Source: Phoronis australis
Lineage: Eukaryota > Animalia > Phoronida
Length of the DNA stretch: 64,000 nucleotides
Assembly: GCA_002633005.1 (NCBI GenBank)
Contig: NMRA01000418.1
Coordinates: 307,173-371,172, forward strand
Direction of reading: 5' to 3'
Shown here one piece after another: positions 51,035 to 64,000 of this stretch. Position 1 is the stretch's first letter, and the number at the start of each line of letters is the position of its first letter. The notes under the pieces are model-generated. The model was not told the DNA's origin. It did no database searches and saw only the letters and a program-made list of their open reading frames with translations. Position numbers and translations under genes: made by a program.

Positions 51035-51070
51035 CTCCATCCTCTCCATTTTCAGTAAGTTTGGTAGTGT
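51035..51070 (-). CDS. Gene B first stalk microexon (D)TTKLTENGEDG
   Basis: aatttacag|36 nt|gtatgt; phase 1-1. Confidence 0.8.
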
Positions 51071-53659
51071 CTGTAAATTATATCAAAGTTTATGATACTA
51101 AGTATTCATCTCTACATGTATATGCAACAGTTTGTGCACGATGACAAATAAAGATGCAAGATGCGAAATGATACTTTGCGTGCGCGGTTGTGAGACATGG
51201 GGATGTACAGTACGCTATTTCTTATAGGCAATTGCGACAACTGCACTTTATTGAAACAAATGAGGTTGAAAGTTGGCAATCCAAAAATTTTTGGATTGAC
51301 AACAAAACATTAGTTTATTCTTCAGGAGTTACAGCGGAAAGGAATCGTACATGTAGATCTAAAGTATTCCCACGAATTTTAACTGCCCGGACAACATGTA
51401 TGACGGGGCTTCAGCACCAAAGAGTGTATTATGAAAGTACGCCATTGCAGCAAGTCCATACATGACTGAGCATCAAAACCTTCAAACAAATTACTATCTC
51501 ACAAAACTTGTGAAACTTGTTCATGAAGAATTAAGTTCTACTCAGAACAACACGGTGACGTTCTATGAGTTTTGCTACTTTCCAAATGATGGTGCACATG
51601 ACAATTGTCACTGGTAGAGAGCGATGCCTGAAAACTAGCTTGGCGGCAAAAATAGTGTGGATTATGAACGAAGAAGAAATTCACCAGTCTGATGAAGAAC
51701 TACATATAGAGGTTGTCTATATCGTATGCAACCAAGCACAACGCGAGGTTTACAGCAAACTTGTGAATACATCAACATGAACACACCATACAATATTTCA
51801 TATGTAACGGACACGTTCCTAAATGAAGGTCAGATGTATTCTCCTCAACTGAAACACATACAACCTAAAACCAACATATCAATAAAAGCATCTGGAGCAA
51901 TTATTTGTATGCAAAATCTGGACTGAAGAATTCACCAAGCTCGTCTAAGTTATTCATCATTTACGTCCTCCAACTACACATGGACAACTGTAGCCCTGAT
52001 GGTGACATGATTCAGTGGACAGTGTGTGTATACCACCACACACAGTGTGAGACGCATTACACATGTAGAAATGTCAAGTTCAGTGATAGTGCTAAAGACG
52101 GCCCCAGTAATAACACTACTTCCGTTGCGTGCCGGTACCACATGTACTGTACTCGTGAGGTTCGGAAATGGGTGGGAATGACGTGGCATCTCCACAAGTC
52201 AAACTGACTTGATCATTGATGTAGCAGTCAAATGTTGAAATGTACCGAGTGGTGAACGTCTTCCATACTTAAATGTAATTAGCATCGGGTACAGGCACTG
52301 GTGCTAGTTAATGAAAAAGTCAAGGAGTATAATATATCCTCAATAAATAGCAGGAAGCACCTACTAAATATACTTGGCTCCAATTATGAAACAAAAATTG
52401 CTTGGAACCATAACTGCGATGTTTTGACATGCTGGAAGTTACCGCAGCTCCCCCTAGTAGAACAGCTCATCTGTATGTAATCTATAAAAAGTTTATTGAA
52501 GTAACAACCACCTGTAGTGATCAATGTGCTGTGATTTTTGATTCAAGAGTGAATGCATTAAAGTAATTAATTCATTAACTTAATAACTGATTCTTTCGCC
52601 AATTCAGTTTCAGATTTGGTGGAAAAAACATTTGCCAATAAGAAAGAAAGAAAAATCACGGAATCGTGGGATCTTAATTCTGCATGAATCTTGATTCGGC
52701 ATGAACCATAGTGAAAAATGCACATCCCAAGGCAGGGAGGGACAATTTAGCCACGTTTTGACAAAACGCTACACGTTCTAGTGAGAATGAAGCATTGTTA
52801 TGTACGAAACCAATTTTGATAAAATACACACTGCTATGCAGAACTGTCAATGTGTAGTCTTTACACGGCAACCTTTGACTGAATAACATTAATTGACCGA
52901 CCATGCTCTTTCTTTTGCACTTTTTGCACTGAATGTGATATAGTTTAAAGCATGTCACATTTGTAGTGTGATTTCACAGCGCAGATATCCATGTTCGAAA
53001 GGTCTGAAGTTTTGTTACAAATCATGCACAGCACTCTTTAACTTGTCCGTTTTACCTCACCTTAATCCAACTTTAGACCTCTTATCTCTTAAACATTGAC
53101 TATTGAAATTACATTTCCGCATTGTCACACTTTTAATCCACGATATCACTTGTAAACAATTGCATCGCGTCGCCGCGCTGGCGGAAGATATTGATGATAT
53201 AAAGGGACAGCATTTCCAACAGTTAAAAGTTACTCTAACTACGTACTTCAGCTAACAACATTTAAACATACTTAGTGATCTGTGACAAGTCACCATGTGT
53301 TTCGTGTGATTTCAACACATCCGCATATTTTAACTTTTGGAAATATAATTTTCAAAAAATACATTTTAAAATGAATAATACTGGCATCAATTACATGACA
53401 CTTAAAAGGATTATAATCATTTTTTCCAATTTTTAAAGAATCATGTTTTAAAGGCTAACTCGGACTTTTTTGTTTTCCCGGTGTTTTTACCCAGTACTAT
53501 GGACATAGCAACTCTTTATTTCCACAAAAATGACAGCAACACTCAAATATGCACAACTCATGAAATTTGGTATGATTCTTGGTATTTTTTGTTCTTCAGG
53601 AAATCAAATAGGTGTCCCATTTAATAACTGAAAGGCGCACATTGTGAAATCAACACAGA

Positions 53660-54020
53660 GCCCGCTTGATAATTTTACACGTCTGACATGCTCTGAGATT
53701 GCGGAGTATTGGAACAGCGTGTAAAGCATGTTTTACGTGTAAAACGGGGCATGTCAAACATGTAAAATGTGGCGTGTCGAACGTGTAAAACATAGGTTGT
53801 CAAACGCGTAAACATGTGTAAAAGTGGCGTGAAGAACGTGGCAGAAAACGAGTCAAACGTGGCATACATGTACATGTATATAACGTGGCAAAACCTGTAA
53901 TTTTCGTTCCAATACCCCACGGTTGACACGCTAGCGTGTACTACATGTACGTGGCACTTTGCTACGCTAGCATGTAATACGTGGTGCTTTCGCCACACTG
54001 GCGTGTCAAATGTGGCACTT
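53660..54020. repeat. CACG/CGTG-rich minisatellite element, homologous to 10790-11135
   Basis: AATTTTACACGTcTGACAtGCTCTGAgAtTGcGGAgTATTGGAACAG matches 10803-10850 and is followed by the same repeat units. Confidence 0.8.
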
Positions 54021-56399
54021 ATAATACATGTGTGGTTATAAATTTATTATATAAGTCTAGATGAATGCATTTTATAATTTTTCGAACATGACCAAAGAAT
54101 GATCATTCAGTTACGATTATTTAACTTTTCAAATGAAAAAAAAATGTTAAAAATCTAAACCTTCACATCAAAAATTTAGACCAACAACTCTCACGCACCA
54201 TCTGCACCTTGGTACAAGATATCAACATATGCAAAAGCCTTCTCAATGAAATATTACGTTGATTTTTAGAAAGATGGTCTTCTAATTGACCTAGGAAGTG
54301 CGATCTCGATCAACATAATTGGGCAGTGCTCGTCTGCCAGATGTCCCGCGATCAGCCTGGTGCAACATATGAACAAACAAAATCTGAAGTATCCTTTCTG
54401 AAATATTATGCCACAAGCGTTAAGGTATATTACACATGTATGCTCGTGAAACCATGTTCCACTAAAATTCAACAAAGTACGGTCAAATCGACAAATGCTG
54501 TGATACAGCACTTGGTAAAACTAATTTTTGAAACTTTATTGGAAATGTAGTAAGGAATGTAGAGTTGTGCAAGGAAGAGTGTGGACAAAATAACACCCAA
54601 ACTTATTACCGAAAACGTTTAGGTTTACAGCCTCGGTGCTTAAATTGGTGAAACTGTAAAGATAGAGAGTTGATGCTTAACTTGAGATGGGCGTTTAACT
54701 GGAGATAGATACTTAAATCAGAATTATAAGAAATTGAGTTTGAGTGCTAGTCCTAACAACTCGGGCAAAAATAGTTTATATTAGTAAGCTGGAATCATTG
54801 CACATGTACTTTAAAACTAACACAGCTTCTAAAGTTATATGGCATCTTAAATTTTTCACCAAAGGGCCTTGACTATGCTAGCCCATTCAGGTCCCTTAGT
54901 CCTCAAAACTGGTGCTGAATACAGGCCCCAATCCCCTCTAATGCAAAATTCCCCTCATCAGGTAAAAAGTCAAAACTGAAAGATAAAAAACTCACCCATG
55001 ATTTTAACCTCAAACAAACCCAAGAATTTCGTATTCAAAATTGCACAGAAACAAGTTCTTCAAGAGAATTGTTGAAAGGAATGCGGGGGAGAATAGAAAC
55101 ATAAAGTGTGTTTTTAGTGATGAACTTGCTACGCACTTCTCTGCAACAGTCTCAAACAGACCTTTCAACAGCTAGCTCATGAGGATTATTGACTGTGGTC
55201 AACAACACTGTCAGAACAACAGTTGAGCATTGCTCTTCTTGACTAAATTCTAAGGTGGAATATTAGGAATGAATGCTAAATTTGAGGATTGGGTAACTAA
55301 CTATATTAACTGTTTTTAGAGATTACATCATTCTATAGCTCCTCTCTTCAATATTATGCCAGCAAACTGTGTTCTGTTGTAAACGATTGTTGTTATTTAG
55401 ATGTGTTGACATATTTGGTGGCTAGATTTGAAAGTTATTTCTGGGCGGATGCCGAATTCCTCGTCAGGCCATTCTATTTTCATGAAACAAAACGAAGAAT
55501 AAGTAACAAGAAACTTGATAAGGCGTCTAAGCCATACCGTACTTAGACTTTTGTCGCCCTAATAGTTCTTAGTTTGATTACTTTTGTCTTTTGATGTATA
55601 TCACGGTCACTTGTTCACAAGGATTAATAGGGAGCAACTGTTAAAAGAAAATGCCACCCAAAAAAACCTATTTTGTATCAACTTAGTTCGAGTAGTTCCA
55701 CTTCACAACAGCAAGTTTAGTTCTTTACCTGACACTTGACGGGAGACTGAGGGGTTGAAATTAACCAATGAAGGCACTCGGTTCATCAATTGACCTTTCT
55801 CAAGCTCTGCTTCCTTGCGAAATGTGGACAAACAAACAATAAGTTTTACCCGGCAATGTGTTGTTTGTCGGATAAAATGGCGGCTTGGAAAGGAAGGTAT
55901 ATCAAGAATACTGCGTTCTGGTTGGTATCTTAAGCCGTCACTCAAAACTCTTGTGATAGGTCAATTCACAGCACGCTTGCTGGTGCCAGCTTATCGTTTG
56001 AATTTCTCGTTGTACATCAATAAATCATCAAAACTTTATGTAAACTCCGTACAAATGCACAGAATTCTTAAACAGGGGTGTTATTTTATTTCCCTGTTAC
56101 GAATTTATAGGTTTCTGAACGTACCGCAGCCTACAAAGTTCGGTAGGCTACTTTACAAAGGTTAATCTCCAAAATTTGGGGACTTTTCGGTGATTAATTC
56201 GAATTATTCTCACGCAAAATACAGACAGGAGAACATTGCTGTTCGTTGTAATTTTAGACTTGCCATTTTTTCAGTTCTAGTCTCAAAACATTATTTATTT
56301 GGAAACTAAACTTCCAGTTATGAAAAGATAGTACTAGTGAGCAAAAATAATGTGCACTTGACTATTTTGATGAATTACCACGAGACTGAAAATCCACTT

Positions 56400-56760
56400 T
56401 CTCGTCGAGGACCGCAGTCAGGTTCCCCTTACGGCGGAAACTTTGAATATGTTCATCACTTGGTTGGGCCAATCCGCCGTGGGATCGCTGCGACACTGTC
56501 ATGACCCCAATGGCACCGTACAAGGACCGCAGTAGCACCTCCATCACCGCCGTGAAATCGCCGAATACGTGGACTGGCAACCCAACGGCGATCCCGTGTT
56601 GGTTCTAATGTGGATGTGGTATTGCTACCACAGGAGTGCTGCGGGTATGGGGGTACCACTGCGGAGCCAGGGAGGAATTTTAGAAAACTTGGCGATCTTA
56701 ATGCAGTACTACTGTGCTCCTACGGCGGTGACAGCGGTGTTTGTACGGCTATAGCGTTCC
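56400..56760. mobile_element. GC-rich non-autonomous DNA transposon fragment (Harbinger-like)
   Basis: Abrupt GC-rich block with ACCGCAG/CGGCGG repeats around TTTGAATATGTTCA; family assignment by resemblance only. Confidence 0.35.
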
Positions 56761-57174
56761 CAATGAGTTTGCACTGAAGTTCATGCAAGGTGCTAATGCG
56801 GGCCACTATTGTAGTGTAAAAGTTTCGGTTTTCTGCTTAAACTTCAGTGTTCTTAAAAGCTGTACTTCAAATCACACGCATGACACAAATCAAACAGTGA
56901 ACATTAAAGTCCTTATCTCAAAGGGCATTCTAGTTCAAAAACTTGAAAATAGACACCAAAGTTAGTAATATGTAAAATGACACCGTGTTCACATCCTTTC
57001 TGTTATCAAACTAAAAGCCTGTTCAGCATTATTTTTTTCCTCGGCCGAGATCGGAAAATCATCGACTATTCCCGTCTATTGTGTCAGTTCAGGAACGATT
57101 CCTGATGGCCAGCCATGTTGCCCTTGAAAACATATTGACATCAGCGTGAGCGTAAAGGCGTTGTTACTTTGTTT

Positions 57175-58052
57175 GCTTGTCCCAATTCGTCGACCTCCAG
57201 TAAAAATGTGCAGAAAATTCATGCAATGCTTATGAATGACAGACAAATGACTGTTCAACATGTGGCAAATACTAGCTGTTCGCATCAGCAATGGATCCGT
57301 CTCTAAAATTTTGAGCGAACATTTGGGCATGTGCAGCTAAGTGCACGATGGCTGCCAAGAATGCAAATTTCAAAGGAATTTAGAGGAAGATTCGAAGCAG
57401 ATCCAGCCAAATATTCCAGAAAACTTGTAACCCAGCATGAGACATGGCTTGACCACTTTGAGCCAGGCTGAAAACAACAGAGTAAACAATGGAAGCACGT
57501 GGGTTCCTTAACCCCAAGAAAGTTCAAGTTGGGTGCCTTTGCGAGCAAAATTATGGCCCGTGTGTTCTGGGACAGCAAACAAGGTATTCTGATGATCGAC
57601 TGCTTAAAACGCTGACACACTGTTACTGGGGATTACTTTTGGAAAAACACAAAACTGCAATTAAAGAAAAGAGACGCTAGAAGTTTCGAGAGTTTGGAGA
57701 GTTTGCTTCAAGACAACGCACCTGCCGATACTGACAAGTTGCGGTGGCTTAAGCAAATAGATGTAGCTTTGAAATCCATCCGCACCCTGCCTATTCTCCA
57801 GACCTGATTTCTGTCTGTTTCTTTATTTGAAAGTCTACCTGCGTGGACGCCAGTATATGAGTGTTGATGACGTCATGAGAGCAGTGGAGGAGTATTTTTA
57901 GAGGCTCGACAAAAGTTCCATTTACGAAGGCATTGCAGAGATGAAAGAAATGAATAGATGCAAGGGGAGATTATATTGAAAAATAAAAGCCAAAATTAGT
58001 TGCTATGGCGTTGTGTTCTGGGAAAGACCGAGAACGTATTGAACGACCCTCT
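57175..58052 (+). mobile_element. Decayed mariner transposase with right TIR
   Basis: Motifs SARWLPR, (H)ETW, VFWD, QDNAP and HPAYSPDL in order; end ...TTGAACGACCCTCT followed by TA; frameshifts and stops. Confidence 0.9.
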
Positions 58053-58659
58053 TATGTATACGGCATTTATGATTTGAACCATTTATTCCGATAAAACAGC
58101 CGGGGACGGCATGCCTTCATCTTCTGTCAGTACGAGTGGTCTCGATCGGTCTGCACCGGGTCATCGGCTGCAGTTCCGAGTCAGGCTAAACAACTTCAAA
58201 CAAAATTTCCGTTGCCCCAGTTTGTCAACATTTTCAGTACAATGTGTCCCTATATTGGTTTTATTTGAGTTAAGGTCTGCTGTTGATTATTTTATATTCG
58301 TTTACAGGCTAGTAACAGACACTGCTCTAGTCACACAGCCGACGTATTTAAGCCTGGGTTCCTGAATGAATTGTACTTCCGGGTTCGCGGTTAGTTCAAA
58401 ATGGCGGTGTGAACTTCGGGTCTGAATCGTGACTGACGCGTTTATTTAAACTTTGTTCGACTACAGATTGTGTATTGGTTATGGGATAGGTACTGCGTGG
58501 AGTTATGAAGTCTTCTAACCATTCAACAAGGGTTAAAAACGTGTGCTACTAGGACGTTAACCACAGTTCAGGTTCATAGCAGAGTGCAGGCATATACCAC
58601 AGTGCCAATGTGGTTATACAACCCTTGTACAGTCTATGAGTCCTCTTGCTCCACACGGT

Positions 58660-59600
58660 TCAATAACTCCGAGAACAAAGATTACCCCCAGGAACCGTGA
58701 TAATAAGCTCTGCCAGTTGTTTGCCGTGGGCACCGTTGTAGTGGCCGGTGACTGTGGTCGTTCCTGGGTGCATTGCTTTCTGGATCCTGGAGCTTTTTGA
58801 GTTCCTGACGGAGGTCGCTTTGGCTGCGGACTGTGGCCAATTCTGGGGGGTGGCTTCCATAGAGAGTCACACTGGGACTGCAGCTGGAACTGCTGGTGGG
58901 ACTGCTACTGAGCCTGCTGCTAGGGTTCCTCTGGCACGATCATCCAAATCCAAGTAGCGTGCATGTAGAGCAGAGTTCCCTGCTTGGAACTGGCGCCACA
59001 GCGTCTAATGGAGCTCCATAATCACAGATTTGACAGTCACCGTAGGCCTCCCTCTCGTTCGCTAGCTTGATCAGGTTGATCAACTTCTGTTGGAACTCCA
59101 TTGACTGACGCCGTCTCTCCTCCAGAGTAGGTAACAGTTTATCCTCAACAGCCTGGGCCATGGCAGTCGAGAACTTAGGCCCCGCTGACAACAGAAGCAT
59201 CATATCGGTGATAGCCACGACCTTAAAAGAGTTGCAATTGGAAGATCAGGGTCAATAGCTGGATCATCAGAGCCCACAGCTGGGCCATCAGAGCCTATCG
59301 TTGGACCATCCGTCATGCCCCCTGCAACTTCGCTCTCCAAGTCTATGTACCGCGTGCTAATAGAACGATACCATACCAGCAGGAATGCTACTGGCTTATC
59401 AAGGCTGGCTGCCTGCTCAGCCCCCGCCTTCTTCATCTTATCTTTATAAGTATTGGGGTTCGACCTTGTTATAAATCTCAGGATGGTTACCTAGCTAGAC
59501 CACCATGGCCTATTCCTCCTCCTCCTCATTCAGATCAGTACGGACTTTTTTGTTGTTTGGTGGCTGCATAGATTATAGACAACTGATTCGCAACTCCGAC
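58660..59600 (-). pseudogene. Decayed MADF/Myb-SANT-like ORF, probably a Harbinger second ORF
   Basis: HPEIYNK...KDKMKK...EQAASLDKPVAFLLVWYRSISTRY resembles a MADF domain; followed by a low-complexity linker and a NEREAYGD segment; frameshifted. Confidence 0.5.
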
Positions 59601-61576
59601 ATTTTCATCTGTGCTAACCATAAGGAGCTGCCCCTCTCGTAAATTATCTGGTGCAGTTTACGGTTAGTGTATTGTGACGGGAAATTATCGAATCTACTTT
59701 ACTGTCCAGTCCAACCAAAAATATAATAAATTCGGCATTGAAAGGCTCTCAAAAGTCTTCCAATGGTAGAACTGTTGGTATTGTGAGTACTTTTGGCAAT
59801 GTTACTGGTCATTAATTGCAAAATTTAAACTTCGGTGCTTGCAAAATCCACAAGTAATCCTGAACCGTAGGGAAAAAAGACATACATGTACAACACAACG
59901 AATCAAATTTTGAAAATCATCGCCTTTGTACGATTCCTTGTTGTTGTCGCAAGACTGATGTTCCTCCCCAACAACCATGTCCATAACAGACGTTGCAAGT
60001 GATGGAAAATTGTGTTCTAAACTTTACTCTTAAAATTAGCATGGTAACACCAAGTATTGAAGGCATATTAAAATTCTTTCCTTGCGATTCATTGGTGGGC
60101 CCGTGAACGCGGTCTCGGGGGTCAGGCACCATATCACAGACACACAACCAACACTTTAAGGGAGAGTTATAATTGCACATTTTCTCTGAGGAGAGTTCAA
60201 TTTTCAATGCTTTGGACCTTAATTGCTAGCGGCGGCGTTCTTCCCTTGTTAGCCGGTTAGCCACGTCAGCCATTACGCCAGTCAACATTTTTGAGCCCCA
60301 CTTGCTTGATTCCTGGTCAACCCTTGTAGGCTTGCCCTTTCGCTTGCTAATTAGTTTTCATATAGAACCCATTGCTGTGTAGGGTTACGCTGATATCAAA
60401 ACTTTGAAATTGTATCTTTGTGTTTTTTTGTACAAAGTTAATTGCCACTTGGTACGTGAGTTAAAAAACTCTAGATGTACAGGCATTCAGAGTTCATCAG
60501 CAAACGTGACGAGACGTCTGCTTCGAAATCGGCAAATATATTCGGGAATACTATTCAAGTATTTAGGATATATCGATGACTAAACTATGAAGTGAAGTGT
60601 ACCTGACTGGGAAGCAAACTGTTTTTTAACTTTCATCCCCGTCTCGTCTTTGGGAAACCCTACAAACCGTTGGCACACCCTTTTCAATCGGGGCAGCACA
60701 AACTTGCCACACGGCTTTCCCCACAGCACCTTTTTGCACTTATAATGACTAGCTCGGACTAGGGATTACAATGCGCTTATTGCCAGGAATCGTAGAGTAA
60801 GAAGGATTTTATAAATTGACAGGCAATGAACTGCAGTGATACGGCAGGTTAATGATAAGAACTAGGAAGATTTAAAATCATTTATGATAATTGTTGTCTT
60901 TGAACTGACTTGCAGTGTATCTCAGTGATCTTTTGATGTTTTCATCTCTCGCTCGAATTTATTTTGGAGTACGATTTAAAGCACACTGCCAAACTAACTT
61001 GAAATTTGGAGCATATACTCGGAATTTTTACTAAGAAGCGTACTCGAAATATAGATGAGATACACTTCACTTTAAGTATACTTGGACAGTGAGTACTTGC
61101 TCGAAATTTCGAGTACAGATTGTTGGAGTATGACATTGAATACACCAAAGCTGAGTCTGTACTCGAGTGTGAGTTTGAATGTGAGTGGAGTCTGAGTACA
61201 GAGATTGGAGACCGGGCCCCGGTTTCGACATGGGATTTCTTTAGAGTCAAAACTGCCAATCCGGTAATGTTCTGTGAGTCAAAGGGTGCAAATTATGGTG
61301 TTACATAGAGTGAAGAACTTTTACCTCAAATGGAAAGGAAAATAAAGCAAAAACCTCAGGAATGCACTTATACAACACGATGAAAATACGCTGTGAACGA
61401 AAACGCACAACCTTGCACTGCAAAGGGTGCATCTTAGAGATTACAATACAATCATTTCTTTAACACGACCAGACTTGACTTCCATCTCCTGTCAGTATCG
61501 TCTTGTTACTGACTTCCTACTAAATGCATATTGTCACCTAAAACTTAGGTGAATCGCTTAATACGTAGTAACTTAC

Positions 61577-61888
61577 CGGTTACTTCAATGGCCCCGGTTT
61601 CAGCTGACCTAGTAGCCTGCCTATTGGACACTTGACATCTGAACTGTACATTATTATCAGCCGTATGCAAGTTGACCGTCAGTGTGCTGGTGCCATCATT
61701 GTTGTTGGTGATAGTCGTGTTAACATTCTCCGTTATGTTTGTGTATGCAGCGTTTCCAATCCGACGTGACCACACCATAGATGCCTGTGGCTTACCTAAG
61801 TTTGCTTTACATTGTAGAACAGTTGGTCCTGCTCCACCAGACACAGGCTGCGTCGGGGCACCGGATATAGATGGTGTGCCTGGGAGGA
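61577..61888 (-). CDS. Gene B Ig domain 2 exon: xLPGTPSISGAPTQPVSGGAGPTVLQCKANLGKPQASMVWSRR...STLTVNLHTADNNVQFRCQVSNRQATRSAETGAIEVT
   Basis: ttttttccctag| acceptor, G|gtaagt donor, 312 nt, phase 1-1; canonical Ig Cys/Trp/Cys. Upstream exons not found in the window. Confidence 0.9.
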
Positions 61889-64000
61889 CTAGGGAAAAAA
61901 GAACAAACACGTTACACCAAGTTATCTATCTAGTCACAACAGATCATGAAAATACCTGAACCCTGGCGCGATGTTTTAGCATGCACAGAAGTGTTATTTA
62001 ATGGCAGGATAAAACGTGCCCTTGCGGTAGATTCCTGATGGTGGTGTATTCAGTGGGCACTTTTTACACACTATTCACAGCAACAGTAGGGACGCTGAGG
62101 TGTTGACATGCGCCCATAGTGCATTGCACACGATATGTTTATAACGGAAACCAGGAGATTTCGCAGTAGTCAAATCAGCGCTGAGTCATGATTCATTGAA
62201 ATGTGTCGATCAGTTCTTTAAGTATAACCCAAAACACTTGAAAAGCCACATGTAGAGAACAAATTGGTGCTGACACACAGTCATCATATACGATGCAAAA
62301 ACAATTTCATTGAAATCCGTAAATTGGTTCTCGAGATAACATCCAAAAACACTCTTACCCAAACAAAAACTTGTAAAGCTCATTGTTACAATACTACAGT
62401 GAACAAATCCACCCCCAAAACCAACGGATTGGCACACTGATATCACACGTCTGTCAAGTTTCATTAACATGAGGCAATCGATTTTTAAACATCATCTAAA
62501 ATTGATAATTCCCAAAACACAAAAACACTTGAGAAAAAATAGTCAATAGGACGTGCTGCACTTCAACGAATACTATTACCGTGTATCAAGCAATCTTGCC
62601 CAAACTTACCGCCCAACCTCACGGGAAAACCGCCACTATGCAAAAATTGTTGGTAAAAATGAATGCACACTACACAACTTACATGGCAACTGTCGATGCT
62701 TACAGTAATTTATAATCGGATTTTGAACTTTACTCTGCTTAAATAAAACCATTTAATCCCCTTTCTTCTTGGCGTTCACTTAGAGATCTGACTGACATTC
62801 GATACTTCATGTATTTGGTTATCCGACAATGCGCAGCAATTGAATACAGTCAGGTAGGCTATCAGGCAATGACCTTGGCATTATTTTTCAGATGAAATGT
62901 TTGGAGAAACAGTTAATTTCATTCATTGTTTAGATTCATGTTTACAAAGGAGATCGTACCAAAATGTGAATAACACTGCATGCACGGAATAAATTATTTG
63001 TTATTCCGGTTATTCCGATGCATGTCATTTACGTTCAGCAAGAATATAATTAATTAACAGTATTAGCGAAAGTTTTGTTATACAAGTTAGTTTATTAGGT
63101 CTAAGCGAGATCAAATATGTTTCGGTTCTTGCCTAGAGCCGAATCATTAGTGATAAGTTCAGCATGGCATATTAGCGATCCAAAAACAACATGCCCCCCT
63201 GTGTCTTTGTCAGCCCTTGTTTTACCATGTTGCGATGTCGAAGTTTGATAGAGGCCTATGTCTCCAATCGATGTTACTAGTGGTTACCTATAAATAAGCT
63301 GATCACCAGTAGCCAGTGACTCGCAATAATTTGGCTTGCTATCCCTGACCACCGCCATTACTTATTTTGCACATTTCTGTGAACTGATGGCGCAATTTCA
63401 TAAACGCTACAGGAGACGTTTTGAGTGCTAAGGGAGCAAACACAAATCATCTGACAATAGTAACCTGCACTGAGACGGAGTTGTTTTGAGGCTTTTCACT
63501 CTATTTACTGAATACACAAACCACATAAGCACACAGATTTATTGTTGTGCAATTTGCACAGAATTGTTCTTCCGCAACTAAGCACCATTCGCCTGGTGCA
63601 ACGTTTCGCACACTATTTCGACAGGAAGTATTGCAATCGTTTGAGTTGTAACACTTGGACTTTGAACACATGGATGGAGTTTGCACTGGGAGTTTGACTT
63701 TGAATCTTTAACGACAATAATGGCAATTTTATTGCAGGTCAGTTATACAGTAGAAAAGTCGGGCGTATTTTTTCACCGAATGTTTTGTCCCATTTCACGC
63801 ATATTTAGCTTTTGAACGCACATGTTGGTTAATCAGAGCGCTGATTCAACATCACGATGTCAACCCTTGCAACAAATTCTTTAAACTCCAAACTGCGAAA
63901 GGGTGTGGTAATGTCTGGTAGCACAGCTTGAAAAAAACTTGATTAGTTTTCACATCTGCTCCCCACCAAGATATCACCACTGATGTTGCAATTGATTATA

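Larger units (their letters stand above)
42150..51100. repeat. Diverged segmental duplicate of ~700-10600 (3' part and downstream flank of the Ig gene)
   Basis: Collinear matches, e.g. 750-1930 vs 42170-42910, 2275-3200 vs 44913-45780, 3900-4110 vs 46490-46705, 4300-4900 vs 46750-47385, 8500-9400 vs 48715-49470. Confidence 0.85.

Noticed and set aside
51190-52500. Coding-like fragmented ORFs on the + strand
   Set aside because: Probably a decayed transposon ORF, but I recognise no diagnostic motif to support a call.
58370-58415. ACTTCCGG plus AAAATGGCGG (ETS/YY1-like) promoter motifs
   Set aside because: Sits between TE remnants with no associated gene; such motifs are common in TE ends in this window.
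62600-62640. GTAAGT donor on the minus strand upstream of the gene B Ig exon
   Set aside because: The implied 26-nt exon breaks frame and has no counterpart in gene A.
63501-63686. Cys-rich 61-aa ORF
   Set aside because: No clear domain spacing or splice support; not similar to gene A's V exon.

Overview
Eukaryotic, AT-rich, transposon-dense genomic DNA from an animal. An invertebrate is likely, inferred from the TE families and the frequent TACATGTA; the taxon cannot be determined. Most ORF-track entries are noise. Hand-reading of splice sites reveals two tandem paralogous minus-strand genes for small GPI-anchored immunoglobulin-superfamily proteins. Gene A is complete: signal-peptide exon (24299-24254), atypical V-like Ig exon (20916-20542), C2/I-like Ig exon (16225-15908), six tandemly duplicated 36-nt phase-1 microexons (one dead) encoding a xTxKPTENGxGG stalk repeat, and a GPI-signal exon (4045-3960). 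It encodes about 334 aa if all five intact microexons are used. Gene B is 5'-truncated by the window edge: Ig exon 61888-61577, four microexons, GPI exon 46632-46547. Both genes also carry a candidate cassette exon that would remove the GPI signal. Introns and the intergenic region hold decayed TEs: Academ, a Gmr1-like gypsy with a nested solo LTR, mariner, Kolobok-like, ISL2EU/YqaJ-like, a Harbinger MADF-like ORF and MITEs. Two near-identical duplications next to single N bases are probably assembly overlaps. All gene models come from manual reading and lack transcript support.
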